Source of the DNA: Elsinoe ampelina
Taxonomy: Eukaryota
DNA length: 64,000 nt
Reading direction: 5' to 3'
Assembly: GCA_010093995.1 (NCBI GenBank)
Contig: ML992511.1
Span: 109,917-173,916, forward strand
A program made the translations under genes and the position numbers. This document shows, piece after piece, positions 12,076 to 24,617 of this stretch. Positions within the stretch are counted from its first letter, which is position 1. Every line of letters starts with the position of its first letter. The notes beneath the pieces are model-generated. The model saw nothing but the letters and a program-made list of their open reading frames with translations, was not told the origin of the DNA and searched no databases.

Positions 12076-13182
12076 CTAGATCTTGATCGCAGCATCAAGA
12101 GCCTTCTGCTTCTTCGCAGTCTTCGCCTGGGCCTTGGCGCCCATTATCCCGCCACCCCAGTGGCGCTTGGCCTCCTCGTTCTGTGCAAGGTAACCCTCCT
12201 TGACGGTGGAGATGAGCTTGGAGAGCTCGTTCTTGTCTTCTTGGCGAACCTCAGTGAGTGCGAGGACAGCGGCAGTCTGCGATGTGGTCAGCCGAAGTCG
12301 GAGTAACTAGAGCAAAGAGTTTTGTACCTTCTTGTGAACGACAGTGCCCAATCTCGCCTTTCCCTTTACTATAACGTATGGAATACCCATTTTGCGGCAA
12401 AGGGCAGGGAGGAAGATGACAAGCTCGATGGGGTCGACATCGTTGGGAATAAGGACGAGGGCAGCCTTCTTGTTCTCGATCAGACCGACGACGTGGTTGA
12501 GACCGTACTTGACGGTGTATGGCTTCTTGCTGACGTCTTCCTTCTTCTTGCCTTCTGAAACAGCAGTGGCCTCCTTGTGCAGACGGTCCTTCTTCTCAAC
12601 CTTGGTCTCTGGTCGGTACTTGTTGAGGAGCTTGAAAGCCTGAGCGGCGGTGTTGCGGTCGGCGACGTTGCTGAACTGGGCGATGGCAGGAGGGACCTTC
12701 AGGCGCATCTTGAGGATCTTTCGCTGGCGTTGAAGACGGACATACTCGGGCCACTTTACCATGCGCGAGAGGTTGCGCTTGGGCTGGATGTCGGCACCGA
12801 TGCCAAAGTTCTTCGGCTTGCGCTCGATGAGGGGGTTCTGGCCGTGTGAGCTCACTCATTGCTGTCAAGTCAGTGGGATCGTCACGTACCTTGGCCTGCT
12901 TCTTTGACACTCCCGCCTTGGAGGCAGGGAATGGGGCCGGGGCGGCCTTCTTTCCAGATTTGGGAGGCTATCATTGAGAAAAGCAATCAGCGAATGTTCT
13001 ATACGCTGCAATGCTTTGTCTCTAAAGGGCGACCAAGGGTATTTCTACACCAAGGTCGCCCAAGCCAAACGAGCTCCATGCTGTCGCGCAAGGGCGACGG
13101 AGCCTCACTACGACTATCCAAGCATGCCGTGAAGCTATACTCAGAGTAGCGAGTGGATTCGAAGGGGATAATAGCTTACCAT
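12076..13182 (-). CDS. RPL8: 60S ribosomal protein eL8 (L8/L7a)
   Basis: Exon 1 is ATG only (13180-13182). Exon 2 (12890-12967) encodes [13 protein letters not shown]. Exon 3 encodes [38 protein letters not shown]...[14 protein letters not shown]. Exon 4 encodes [11 protein letters not shown]...AAIKI*. Confidence 0.97.
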
Positions 13183-13588
13183 GACTGTTGTTGTGTGGTC
13201 GACTGTTCACCAAAGTCGTGCTGAGGTCGAGAAGGAGATTTTCGAGATGTCGAAATTTGAAAGTGTGTGGAGATCGGGACAATTCTTGGCGCCACTTTGA
13301 GAGCAGAGCCGCATGTTCGCCCGCGCGACACAATGTCAACCCTGCTTTCTTCACAATTTGTCTCTGGCAGTCACTTCCATTGGCGTGTGATATTCATTGA
13401 TCGAGTCTGCACCCTACACACTGCTTTGACCGAGTACTTCATATTCGGCGCCTCAATGAACCCGCGAGCTGACCAAAACCACTGACTAAGCGACCCGCCG
13501 TGAAGCTTCTCATCTTTCGAGTCGTTTTGGTAGCTATACTTCCATCATATCTCTCTGCCTTTCGTTCTTGTCATTGCTGGTAGCAATC

Positions 13589-14935
13589 ATGCCTCTCACA
13601 ATACTGACTGACAGCGATGTCAGTACCGTCTTACATTCCCTCACGAGGGATGACATATTGGACCTGCAACAATCCCTAGCGGATGCCTTGCACTTTTACT
13701 CGACATCCGGTGGGGACAACCTATGCTGTTCATCCTACCAGCCTATGCGGACTGCTTTGAAACGACAAGACGGCAAGACCACCTTGTTCATGCCCGCCAG
13801 TGCCAATCAAGGTCTGGGTATCAAAGTCGTAACTCTCAGTACACCCAAAGGTCCCGAGACACCAAGCATGGACAACCTGTCCATAGCATCGACAGCCAAC
13901 GAGTCACCTCGAGCATCCATTTCCTCACGTGACACATCCAGCACTGGACCCGTCACCGCCCCTCCATCTCTCGCCAGTGCAGATTCCACCACACCCAAAG
14001 GCTCCCTCACCCTCTTTGACTCCCAAGGCAACCCTACCGCGCTGATCAACGCCGAAGAACTCACCGCCTTCCGCACCGCTCTAGCCACCAACGCCCTCTT
14101 CAAAAAGCGCCACTCCGTCCACGACCTCGTCGTCTTCGGCGCCGGCAAGCAAGCCTACTGGCACATCCGTGTCGCCATGCTCCTCCGCGGCCCGGAAATC
14201 CACCACCTCAACATCATCAACCGCTCCTTCGACCGCGCCCGCGAACTTTTCATGCGCCTCTACAACCCCATGCCCGGCGACCCGGACTACACCAACCCCA
14301 TCGGGCCCAAATACGACTCGAAAACCAAATCCAGCATCCTCACCCCTTCCTCCCCGGAATACTCCCGCCTCCTCAAAGAACAAGTCCGCTCCGCCAACGT
14401 CATCTTCTGCACCACCCCATCCACCACCCCGCTCTTCCCGGCCTCGTACCTCACCAACCCCGGAGGCCAAAAAAAAGGCCGCTACATCGGCCTCGTCGGC
14501 TCCTACCGCCCGCACATGGTCGAAATCGACCCTTCGATCCTGCAACAGGCCGTGCGCCCGCAACGGGAACACCGGCACTTCCACAAACACCAACGCGAGG
14601 GCGGCGCCGTGGTCGTGGATTCGGTCGAGGCGTGTTTCCAGGAGGCGGGCGAGGTGATACAGGCCAGGCTGAAACCCGAGCAGGTGGTCGAGTTGGGGGA
14701 ATTGATTATGCTGCGGAGGGACGCGGAGAAGAGGGCGTTGGAGCGGAGGGAGAGTGGTGAGGAGGAGATGAAGGGGGTGCAGGTCGCGGAGGGGGAGGGG
14801 ATGAAGGAGTGGTTGACCAGGGGGAATGTGGTGTATAAATCTGTGGGGTTGGGGCTGATGGATGTGGTGGTGGGGAATGAGTTGGTGAGGTTGGCGAGGG
14901 AGAGGGGGGTGGGGACTGTGGTGGAGGGGTTCTAG
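13589..14935 (+). CDS. Ornithine cyclodeaminase / mu-crystallin family protein (PrnX-like)
   Basis: TTLFMPA, GIKVVT, INAEELTAFRTALA, Rossmann motif VFGAGKQAYWH, IFCTTPS, VGSYRPHMVE and YKSVGLGLMD. Confidence 0.88.
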   Translation: MPLTILTDSDVSTVLHSLTRDDILDLQQSLADALHFYSTSGGDNLCCSSYQPMRTALKRQDGKTTLFMPASANQGLGIKVVTLSTPKGPETPSMDNLSIASTANESPRASISSRDTSSTGPVTAPPSLASADSTTPKGSLTLFDSQGNPTALINAEELTAFRTALATNALFKKRHSVHDLVVFGAGKQAYWHIRVAMLLRGPEIHHLNIINRSFDRARELFMRLYNPMPGDPDYTNPIGPKYDSKTKSSILTPSSPEYSRLLKEQVRSANVIFCTTPSTTPLFPASYLTNPGGQKKGRYIGLVGSYRPHMVEIDPSILQQAVRPQREHRHFHKHQREGGAVVVDSVEACFQEAGEVIQARLKPEQVVELGELIMLRRDAEKRALERRESGEEEMKGVQVAEGEGMKEWLTRGNVVYKSVGLGLMDVVVGNELVRLARERGVGTVVEGF

Positions 14936-15111
14936 GAGCTTTGATAAGATTTTACATGGACATGGGGAGGTGCGAATCGGAACACGTGCCGTGGAAGAGA
15001 CGGAATGATGCGAGGGCAAAGTAATTTTGACGCCGATAATGATTACAAGACTATGTGCCATTGCTCTGCTAGAACAACAAATCTCCTTCCTCCACAATCC
15101 CTGGCCCATAT

Positions 15112-18100
15112 TTACGCTTCACCCTTGAGCTTATCCTGCTTCACCTCCCACGCCATGGCCAAGAAATCTTGCTCCTCCTTCATATGGCTTGACTTGAGAC
15201 CCGTCGCCACGGACGCGCTCGGGTTACGGCCGGCGTACAAGACGTGGCGCCTGTTGTGGTGCTCGGTCTGGTTCAGAAGAGTCTCGATACGGGGTTGGGT
15301 GAACGACCACGCGCCAGCGTTGAGCGGCTCTTCTTGACACCAGACGATGTTCTTGGCGTTGGGATACGAGTCGAGATTCTCCTTGAGCTGAGCCCATGGG
15401 AAGGGGTTGAGCTGTTCGATACGGGTGATGGCAGTGTTGGTGAGCTTGTTCTGCACGCGGTGCTTGTGAAGAGTGGCGAAGACTTGACCGGTGCAGATGA
15501 TGACGCGGTCGATCTCTTCGTTAGGAGCGATCTGGATGTCCATACCCTCCTTGTGGGCGGGGTCTGGAATGATCCATTGGAAGTGCGACTCGCCGGTGAA
15601 GTCTTCGATGTTGCTGCGTGCGAGAGGATGACGGAGGAGAGACTTTGAGAAGAACAGGATCAAAGCTAGACGATGTCAGTTGTGTCTGCAAAAGATCGGT
15701 GACGCGACTCACGTTTACGGAATTGCCTGTTCATCTGTCGGCGGAGAAGATGGAAGGTGTTTGAAGGAGTGGTGCAGTAAGCGACCTGCATGTTGCAGTC
15801 CTGATGTTGACGATCAAGCTTAGCCTCTGATGGGAAGATACGCGGGTCCTCGTTGCAGAGTTGCAAGAAGCGCTCCATACGTCCAGAAGAGTGCTCAGGA
15901 CCCTGGCCGTCATAACCGTGGGGCAAGTTGACGACAAGACCGGATCGCTGTAGCCACTTGACTTCACCTGAAGCGATGAATTGATCGATGATGACTTGGG
16001 AAGTGTTGGCGAAGTCACCGAATTGTGCTTCCCACATGACTAGGGCGGAGGGTGACGACAAAGAGTAACCGTATTCGAATCCAAGAACACCGTACTCGCT
16101 CAAGGATGAGTTGGTGATGACAAAGCTGCCTTGGTCCTTGCCGAGGTTCTTCAATGGGGTGAAAGTGCTCTCATTTTCCTGGTCGTGGAGGACAGCGTGT
16201 CGTTGTGAGAAGGTTCCACGCTCGACGTCCTGACCGGAAACACGGACGTGGTGGCCTTCCAGGCAAAGGGAACCAAATGCCAAAGCCTCAGCAGTGCTCA
16301 TGTCGATACCCTTGCCTTCATTGATGGTCTTGGTACGGCTAGACAAGATACGCTTGAGATTGCGGTGGGTGTTGAAGTCCTTGGGAGGGTTTCCGATTAC
16401 TTCACCGATGTGCTTGAGAGTGTCGAGTTCTACTGCGGTGGGTAAATGGGGCAATACCTCGGTGGCGAGTTCCTTGGGCGACTTGAAGCCGTTCCATGCA
16501 CTGGTGAGCCATTCCTTCGCGGTTGGTTGGTAATCCTTTGACTGGGCGAAACTGTCCTCGAGCATTCCCCAAACCCACTTCTTGTGCTCGTCGATGTCCT
16601 CTTGAGTAAAGGTCTTTTCCTCGAGCAGCTGAGCGACATATCTATCCAAAGTCGGCTTTTGCTCGCTGATACGCTTGTACATGAGTGGCTGGGTGAAAGA
16701 TGGTTGATCTGTTTCGTTGTGGCCTGATTTGCGGTAGCAGACAATGTCAATGACGACGTCCTTCTTGAACTCTGCACGCCAGTCGGAAGCAAGTTGGGAG
16801 ATGAAGTTGACTGCCTCTACATCGTCGCCATTGACGTGGAAGACTGGTGCTTCAATGGCCTTAGCGATATCGGAACAGTAGGGGGTTGACCTAGCAAAAC
16901 GTGGATCGGTAGTGAAACCAATCTGATTGTTGACGACAATGTGGATGGTACCTCCTGTCTGATACGATGGTAGAGCATGCAGACCCATGGTCTCATACAC
17001 TACACCTTGACCGGAGAATGCAGCGTCACCGTGAAGAAGGACTCCCATGGCTGTGGTCGCGTCCTTCTCGTCGTTATTGTAGTGAAGGATGGCTCTGGTC
17101 TTGCCCAAAACAACCGGATCCTCTGCTTCAAGATGCGAAGGGTTGGCCACAAGTGAAAGCTGAACACGTTTGCCCGATGGTGTTGGTCGTTCGAAGTTCA
17201 TACCAAGATGGTACTTGACATCGCCGGAACCTTCGTCAGAGGGCTCAGCACTGCCACCAAATTCGGAGAAAATTGACTGATTTGGTTTCCTGACGACATT
17301 GGAGAGCACATTGAGACGCCCACGATGAGGCATGCCAATGACAATATCCTTCACACCATGGTCGACACTCCGATCAATGAGAGCCTTCATACCAGGAATC
17401 AGCGATTCACCACCCTCAAGACCAAAGCGCTTGTCGTTAGGGTACTTTGTAGCCAGGAAGTTCTCAAAGCTCGATGCCCAGATCAGACGATCGAGGATGC
17501 GCCTCTTCTCGTCGACAGAGTACTTGTATGGCTGCGGCGTCTCGAGACGCTCCCTCAACCAATCGCACTGCTCGCGATCGGAGATGTGGATGTATTCAAC
17601 ACCGTAGCTGCCGCAGTATAGCCTCTCGCAAGTCTCGATGATCTCTTTCAGCTTCATCTTGCGGCGGTCGGCCGTGGCGAAGCGTGGTAGGATACCGGGA
17701 CCAAGCTCGAACTCTTGCTCCATATCTTGCTCTGAGAACTGGTAGGCTTCGAGGTTGAGTTCCTTGGGATCGCTGGTAGCGAACTTGCTGGCTTCATTGT
17801 GGATGCCGAGGGGATCGATCTTCGCCTTGTGGTGTCCTCGTGCCTGGTATGCGCGTACGAGGAGCTGAACTTTCAGATGGTTGCTGACGTCGGAGCCGCC
17901 CATGGAAGCTTCGGTGAGGGAGGGTACACCTCCACTTGGTTGTGAGACGATTGAAGGTGGTGGTTGAAAGGCTTGAGAGATGGGCATGGTACCGGACTCC
18001 ATGTTCTTGAAGTAGTGCTGCCATGAGACGTGAACGGAAGTAGGATCGCGCTTCCACTCCATATACATTTCGTCTATGTAGTTTGCCGTGTTGCCTTGGA

Positions 18101-18366
18101 GGAAAGAATCGTTCGGGTCCTGTGACCGTGGTTAGCAGAGTGGAGTCAAGCTGTCTGGCTATACCTACCACTCCTTTCGAGGTGTCCTCTGCAGCGACAG
18201 CGTAGCTCCGTTTTGAGGCGCCATTCTGAGTGAGAGCGAGATCTCTCCTTCGTGAAACGAGCGCAGATGCCGGCCTGACCCTGTGGTAGGATGAAAGTGA
18301 CGCTCTAGTGCCAGAGCTGGCATTCAGGAGGCGTCGTTCACATTGCCGGAGAGTGGAGAGCAACAT
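15112..18366 (-). CDS. KGD1: 2-oxoglutarate dehydrogenase E1 component, mitochondrial
   Basis: Arg-rich presequence, [20 protein letters not shown], ThDP motif [19 protein letters not shown] and [12 protein letters not shown]. Introns at 18120-18168 and 15666-15712. Confidence 0.98.
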
Positions 18367-18731
18367 GCTGGTAGTTGCTCACGGCTGGGTCGTGGTCATA
18401 AGCACAGACTGAAAAGCCGTGCAGAGTTGTATAGGTAGAGGTGATGTAGGAGGAGCAGAATGGCGATCTTGAGGATTTGCACGGGTCTGAGCTGTGTCAC
18501 TGGTTGCAAACAAAACCATGCGGCTCCGGATCTGCTTCGCTGGCGGATGGTTCCGCATGTGGAGGAGAAGAGCCAATCAGAAATACTTCACGAATTATTT
18601 ACGGAGCTATGACGGCTGCCGTGCATTTGCTGCGTCTCGTGCAGGTGGTCGGTTGTCAAGTGCTTGCTTTGCGGCAAATTACATTTCTGTACTTCTATTT
18701 GACGTGACATGATACCCATATTCCAGACCGC

Positions 18732-20748
18732 CTATGCGGTGGGTACCTGGTTCTGTGACGACTGAGGAACACCGTCCGTCAGTGTTCCATATGGCACAGC
18801 AGGGTAATCGCCATTGCAGCTGTAATCGTACTGCGCCTTTTCGAGACTGTTCGACTGCAACTTTAGGAATGTGCTCAACTCGCACCAACCACCATCTCTT
18901 TCTTCGCATTCGGGGAAGGACCTGTGAAGTGGAATCGTCCTTTGGTTCAACACGAAGTGAATGTATCGTGTCGCATGGCCATGACCGTATGGTGAGGATG
19001 CGTTCCGCTTGGCGAGAACGGGATGTGGGGCGTCGATAAGCTCGATGTCGAGACGGGCTGCGAAGGGTTCCAGGTGAGAGACGATGAGATCTCGAGGTAC
19101 CATGTGTGTTTGTGGTAGGACCTTTGCAAATTGCTTGAATCCAAATGCGGTCAAGATGGACATGATGTTGGCTGTTGTCAATCAGCATTCGCTCCGTCTT
19201 CGAGTTGATAGTACTTACTGTCATGAGAGAAATCAAAGTACAGGCTCTGGTTGAGCGGGAATGTCGATGGCATGCTGTCCAATGTGACATTGACCTGAGC
19301 TGTGGGCTGGGTAATGAGGTGGTGATTGAGTCTGGCAAGGACCTCTTCCACAAAGCCAACACCAACAGCACGTCCGGTCGGACTCTGGAAAGCATCATTG
19401 CCTGCGAAGCTGATGTCCACGCTATATTCGTAGCCTTCCCACTCTTGGTAGGTAAAGAGATCGCAGAAAGCCGAGTAACCCAACGCGACCGTCTCGTAAG
19501 CACACATGCTCTGCGCATTATATGAGTCGGTAGCTGTCCAGTTGTATCCGGGCGCCAAATTCCCAAGTCTAGTGGTCGCGTCTGCGAGGTATGTTTTATA
19601 CCATGCAGTACTCGCATTGGTGCCTCCAAAGCTGACCCCGGTGTTGGAGTTGTTGCAGTTGTAGTAGCCTGCAAGAGTGTTGTTCCAAATGCCTTTGGTG
19701 TCTTCGATTACTAGCTCAAGGGTGGCGTTCTGCACTATTGTCAGGATCTTTGCTCGCGACATCTATCTCGTGCGTACGTACCTGAGTCCACTTCAAGCCA
19801 AAGAACCCAGCCAAGAAATACTCCGCTGACTGAGTCATTCGATCCTGCGTGGTGCTTCTTGCGATGATCTTGCTGCCATTGTTGTTGTAGAGATGACCAT
19901 ACTGATAGTAATGTAGCACACCCGAGTCGAAGAGCTCCTGATGCCCGACAGGTACAAGGATATCAGCACCGAGCTTGAATGTCCAATCGTTCAAGAATGA
20001 CAAGGCCCCTTGATAGTTGACCTTCCTAGTCAAGTTCTGGTGCTTTTGCGCGAACTGAAAGACACCGCTCCCAGTGGTCGGGTAGCGCGAACCATGGCGG
20101 TGTAGCATGTTGAGCCATGAGATATTGCTACCTTTGGGAAGCGCATACTCCTTCACACCGAATCCATCAGGGTTGGGAAAGTAGTGGCTCAGCTGGCCGT
20201 GTAGTTGGAAGATATTGCTGTTATTCACATTGCCCGAGATCGGCACTTGGGTCTCGAGTGGATTATTGGGAATGTAGGAGACCGTGGGGAAAGGAGCTGG
20301 GTTTGTTTCCGCAAGGAATGGAGCTGACCCAGTGGGAGTCGGTCCTGCTACAAGTAAGCTTACAGGTAGGTAGTCGTCATGGGCTATGTTACTGACCGGC
20401 ATATAATTCTGGCTCTGTCTGAAAGTACTGCGGTACACCCGAAGATGAGGAAGCCCCCTGTCTCCGATCCGCCAGACCTGCACAAACACAAGTCGCGCAG
20501 GTAGACACAGCAAAAGCCTTCCATAGCATGACGAAGAAGATGACCGAGCCGATCAAGAACAAGAGATGAAGACCAATACCTGCTCTGGAAGAAGCAAACT
20601 CGGCAGATTTAGAGCTCGAAGCAACACTCACAAGCGGCGGCCTGCGCCATCTTGTATCCTTCCTCGTCCCCGCCCTCGAGTCTTCTACATCCGAGTACCC
20701 GGGGGCTCGAGAGCTTCCATCTTCTCCATCGACATTCTGATAGTGCAT
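18732..20748 (-). CDS. Histidine acid phosphatase / 3-phytase-like protein with N-terminal TM anchor, 4 exons
   Basis: Catalytic RHGSRYP and DFSHD motifs, and MCAYETVALGYSAFCDLFT. A hydrophobic segment LHLLFLIGSVIFFVMLW follows a ~60-aa N-terminal tail. ORFs 20389, 19716, 19178 and 18732 are joined by GT-AG introns. Confidence 0.9.
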
Positions 20749-21161
20749 TAGGAAGGTCCCTTGGGCCCCATGGATGGGAAGGTTGGAGAAAAAAGATGGA
20801 CGCCGACGTCACCGTGTTCGCTTCAGAGGGCCGTGACGCGCACGATTGGCACGCCAGGAAAGCTTCGCGAGCTTGTCCAAGGCTTGTTTCTGGCGAACGA
20901 TCCCAGTAGTTGTCGATCTGACCCACTTATTTGCTGTCGAGGTGCAGAAGCGTGCTTAGGCCAGGCGCGGGGATTGGTTATCGATCTGAATAGCTCAGAT
21001 GGACTGTCAAGCCGCTGACTCAATTGTACACATGCATGGGAAAGCACAGCATCAAGGGCATGTGTATCATTGTTGGGCAACCAGACTATTGGATCCCTCG
21101 GAAGTCGTTCATCATCTATCGTATGACCGCGTGGGTCGTCTATGTACTTCCAAAGCAACGC

Positions 21162-24100
21162 TTAGCTCAGGTCAAAGCCCGCACCGGAGTTGACCGCGTA
21201 GAGCAGCTTATCTTTCAGCGTCTGCTTGCTCCGATACCGTGGCAACTTGAGCAGATTGACACAAGTAGACGTCGTCGGAAATCTCGACTCATCCTCTCCA
21301 CTATCCCTAATACTGAACTTCGGATTCAAGCTGCCAAAGCCTAGCAATGGTGCTCGAGGGGTGCTCGTCACGAATTTCAATACCTTACGCTTGTCCTCGT
21401 CGGTGAATTCGTGCATGGCTTTCCAGAATAGCTTGATGACTGGGTGCTCTTCATTATCATCCCCAACGACGTAGAGACCGCTATAGATTGTGTTGCGGCG
21501 CAAGTCCTCGATGTCGATGGACGAAGCCGATCCGCCCACAAGATTTTGAATCTCCGACTGATTGAACATCGATAGCCACCCGGGTTGGACTATACTTGCA
21601 AGACCTTTGAGAAACGCATTCGTCTGAGGCGCAGATTGTCCTTGGAGTCGATAGCGCGCTACGCGAGAGATGTAGATGAGTCGATTCTCGTTATTTACCG
21701 GTATGTTTGCACCGTTGGGTATCAGCTCTCGCTCGACAGTCTTGACACGACCATCTTCCAAGGGGATCTCATCGGTGATGGAAAATGTCAGTGACAGATC
21801 TTCAACATTGCCTTGGTAGTTCTTGAGCGACAATAAACCCTGATACAACTCCTCGTCGAGATCTCGTAGGTCGTTGATGCCCGCGCGATATCCAGAGTCA
21901 TGCGAGAGTCCATTGGATCCCGTCAGTGCCCATTTCACAAGGAAGAACCCAGCAAACGATATGTCCACCAAGATACCTTCGTACAGACACTTGCCTACCA
22001 CTCTGCCAGCAAATTCATAAGACTGGAGGAGTCGCTGGACCTCCTCTCCATACTCTGGATCAAGCCGGCCAACAGCAGCCAAGTAAGCTTCCTTCATCTC
22101 GTCCATGGCTGTCGGATTGGGGTAAAGCAGATGTTGAGAATTGGATCTGAAAAGGTGATAATCAGGTGAGAATGCCTGAGCGGTTACGCTTGTCAAAAAC
22201 TCTTTGGTGACTCCTCCTCCATCAATACCGGCTTCCACCATGTCGAATTCATCGACAAATGTGATTTGAATTGGTTCTTTGAGAGCTGGTCCAAGTTCGT
22301 AGAATTGATCCATTGCGTCTTGAAATTCGTGCTTCCTCCGAACCTTGGCATGGTGCCGACTGAGCTCCCTTTCTGGATCTCGTCCCGTGGTCTGATGTAA
22401 GTTGAGTGACTGTCGCCACATTTCGGGTTCAGTATGACCGTTGCGGCGTTTTATCTGATCGAGGCGTACGAATTCCCGGAAGATTTGTACTCTGATATCG
22501 AAGGGAATCAAGAAGGGCATGTTTTGTAGAATCTCTAGACGAGGCGCGACCGATTCTAGGTATCTCTTCCTGCTTGCTTTACGCAGTGCTCTTTGTTTGC
22601 GCTCGACATCCATCATTCTGCGGATGTGGCTGTTCATGTTCACCATGGCGTCGACGTCGTTTTCGTCCTCCGAGTCTTGTCCCACGTCTTCATCTTCCAT
22701 GTCCTGTATCTGATGGCGGCTCTCTTCCTCAGCGACAACATCTGATATGAAATTAGACATGTCGAACTCTGAAGTCATCAACCAGTGGTGTTTGGGCAGA
22801 AATCTCCGGCGAGAGTCCCGCTCGTATATCGATCGGACCAGGCCCGTCACGATACTTTTGACGTAATCAAGACTGACGCCCGGTAATCCAGCAACCAGTA
22901 CAGCCTGATTCGCAGGCTCAGTCCTAGCTGTAGCCCCGGCTTGTTGGGCAGCTCCAAAATGGCGGCTGAGACTCTGCTTGCTTAAGGGCTCTTGTTGTGG
23001 ATTGAGCTCGCTGGAAATCTGCTGCGTGTGGTAGTACATGGAGAAGCCAAGGTGTTTGAGAAATACAACAAGCTCGGCTATGTCGGATATCGAGAGGGGA
23101 TTGGTTCTGGATCTGGCCTTGTGAGTCACTTGGCCAAGGAATTCTTCATCGTCCATTAGCTTCAGAGCAAAAGTGTAGAGCTCCAAAAAGATCAGAACGA
23201 CCTTCCATTCATCCGCTACCAATGTTGCTTGGTCAGGCTTTCCGGGGGCTTGCCAGGATGACATTAATGGCTTGTTGACGATCAAGCTGACCGCTGCTCT
23301 TGCGTTCCTAGTGATCGATTGGACCACACCGGACTTCTGTGCTTCTTTCCAGAAGAATGCTACCGGAGACATTTCCTGCTGATCCAGAGACCGGTCCGAA
23401 GGCCCTAGATACAACCACATGCGAATATCATCTGCGTGATTGTAGAATACTCGTAGAAGGGTGAGTACATACGTAGCGAGCTCGGTGGATGAATCACTTT
23501 TCGACCCCTGGAAGCTGACTAGTACACCACGAATCGTCGCCTGATCGATCAACGTCGAGATGCTGGACTTGAGAAAGAGGTTGAGAGGAGCTTTGGTCGG
23601 CTTGCCAGAGAGCATTGCTCGATCAAAGTCCATGTTATCCATATCTACCGGTGTAGCTTCAACGTCAAAGTAGGACGCTATGCTGGCCAGCAATTGACCT
23701 ATCACTCCGATGGCTCCCGAAGCTTGCAATCCGACCTTGGTGGAGAGGATATAGACGAGCTGACCCAGTAGCCATATTGAAGGACGAGTATCGTGTGATT
23801 GGGATGCTGTGTATCTTGTAGCCTCGACTAGGAGTTCGGGTCTTATCACTTGTCCAAGCTCTTGCAAGATCTCTGGCTGCTGTGGTCTTGTGAGGAATTC
23901 TGTTGCGAGTGCTCTGTAATTTGTTGGATCGGAGGCCTCGACCAGTCCCTTAATGACTGATAATAAGCTGAATTTGCTCGACCGCGGCTTTTGCAGAGAG
24001 AGTGACAATGCTCGGAACAGGTCGTGGGCAGAACGACTACTCTGCGAACCAGCATAGCGCACAAAGTATAGTAGGAGCTCGGAGAGGTCGGAGATGGTAC

Positions 24101-24617
24101 CAGCTTCGATTGTTTGGAGACCGGAAAGTCGTTCTAGTGCTTTCAGACAGCAATTCTGAAGCCGCAGATACAAGACCGGCCATGGGCCTGCTCTGTACTG
24201 TTGTTCGACTTCCGAGCTTCTTGACAGGCGCTGACCTAGCACCAGCAGACGCTCGATGTCCTCGTCCTTGGTATGATTGAAGAAACCAAGTAGTAGCCGG
24301 ACTGCAGCTTGTGCCTCCTGCTCGCTACTGAAGATTGCTTGATCCGCATCTGCGCGATGAGTATCCCAGGCCTCCCTCCATTGTTGTTGGACCTCTTTCC
24401 TTGTGCTGTACCCGCGCCAGAGTCTTTGCAGGTTCTTCGCTGCTGCCAACTCCTCTCTTTGCCTTGCTCTTTGCTGCCGATCATGCTGTGCATTCTGCAA
24501 GGCTTGTTGCGGCCCGGCTTGTGCTGGACTCCCAGTAGCAGCGAATGGATTTGCCTTCCGGCCCGAGAGATCTACTTGACGTGGTCTTCGGGACGCCCCA
24601 GTGAAGGTGTGATACAT
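21162..24617 (-). CDS. HUL5: IQ-motif HECT E3 ubiquitin ligase (Hul5/UBE3C-like)
   Basis: IQ-like AAKNLQRLWRGY, EAGIDGGGVTKEFL, LKFVTSTPRAPLLGF, catalytic PTTSTCVNLLKLP, and C-terminal GAGFDLS. Confidence 0.88.
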   Translation of the reverse strand: MYHTFTGASRRPRQVDLSGRKANPFAATGSPAQAGPQQALQNAQHDRQQRARQREELAAAKNLQRLWRGYSTRKEVQQQWREAWDTHRADADQAIFSSEQEAQAAVRLLLGFFNHTKDEDIERLLVLGQRLSRSSEVEQQYRAGPWPVLYLRLQNCCLKALERLSGLQTIEAGTISDLSELLLYFVRYAGSQSSRSAHDLFRALSLSLQKPRSSKFSLLSVIKGLVEASDPTNYRALATEFLTRPQQPEILQELGQVIRPELLVEATRYTASQSHDTRPSIWLLGQLVYILSTKVGLQASGAIGVIGQLLASIASYFDVEATPVDMDNMDFDRAMLSGKPTKAPLNLFLKSSISTLIDQATIRGVLVSFQGSKSDSSTELATYVLTLLRVFYNHADDIRMWLYLGPSDRSLDQQEMSPVAFFWKEAQKSGVVQSITRNARAAVSLIVNKPLMSSWQAPGKPDQATLVADEWKVVLIFLELYTFALKLMDDEEFLGQVTHKARSRTNPLSISDIAELVVFLKHLGFSMYYHTQQISSELNPQQEPLSKQSLSRHFGAAQQAGATARTEPANQAVLVAGLPGVSLDYVKSIVTGLVRSIYERDSRRRFLPKHHWLMTSEFDMSNFISDVVAEEESRHQIQDMEDEDVGQDSEDENDVDAMVNMNSHIRRMMDVERKQRALRKASRKRYLESVAPRLEILQNMPFLIPFDIRVQIFREFVRLDQIKRRNGHTEPEMWRQSLNLHQTTGRDPERELSRHHAKVRRKHEFQDAMDQFYELGPALKEPIQITFVDEFDMVEAGIDGGGVTKEFLTSVTAQAFSPDYHLFRSNSQHLLYPNPTAMDEMKEAYLAAVGRLDPEYGEEVQRLLQSYEFAGRVVGKCLYEGILVDISFAGFFLVKWALTGSNGLSHDSGYRAGINDLRDLDEELYQGLLSLKNYQGNVEDLSLTFSITDEIPLEDGRVKTVERELIPNGANIPVNNENRLIYISRVARYRLQGQSAPQTNAFLKGLASIVQPGWLSMFNQSEIQNLVGGSASSIDIEDLRRNTIYSGLYVVGDDNEEHPVIKLFWKAMHEFTDEDKRKVLKFVTSTPRAPLLGFGSLNPKFSIRDSGEDESRFPTTSTCVNLLKLPRYRSKQTLKDKLLYAVNSGAGFDLS

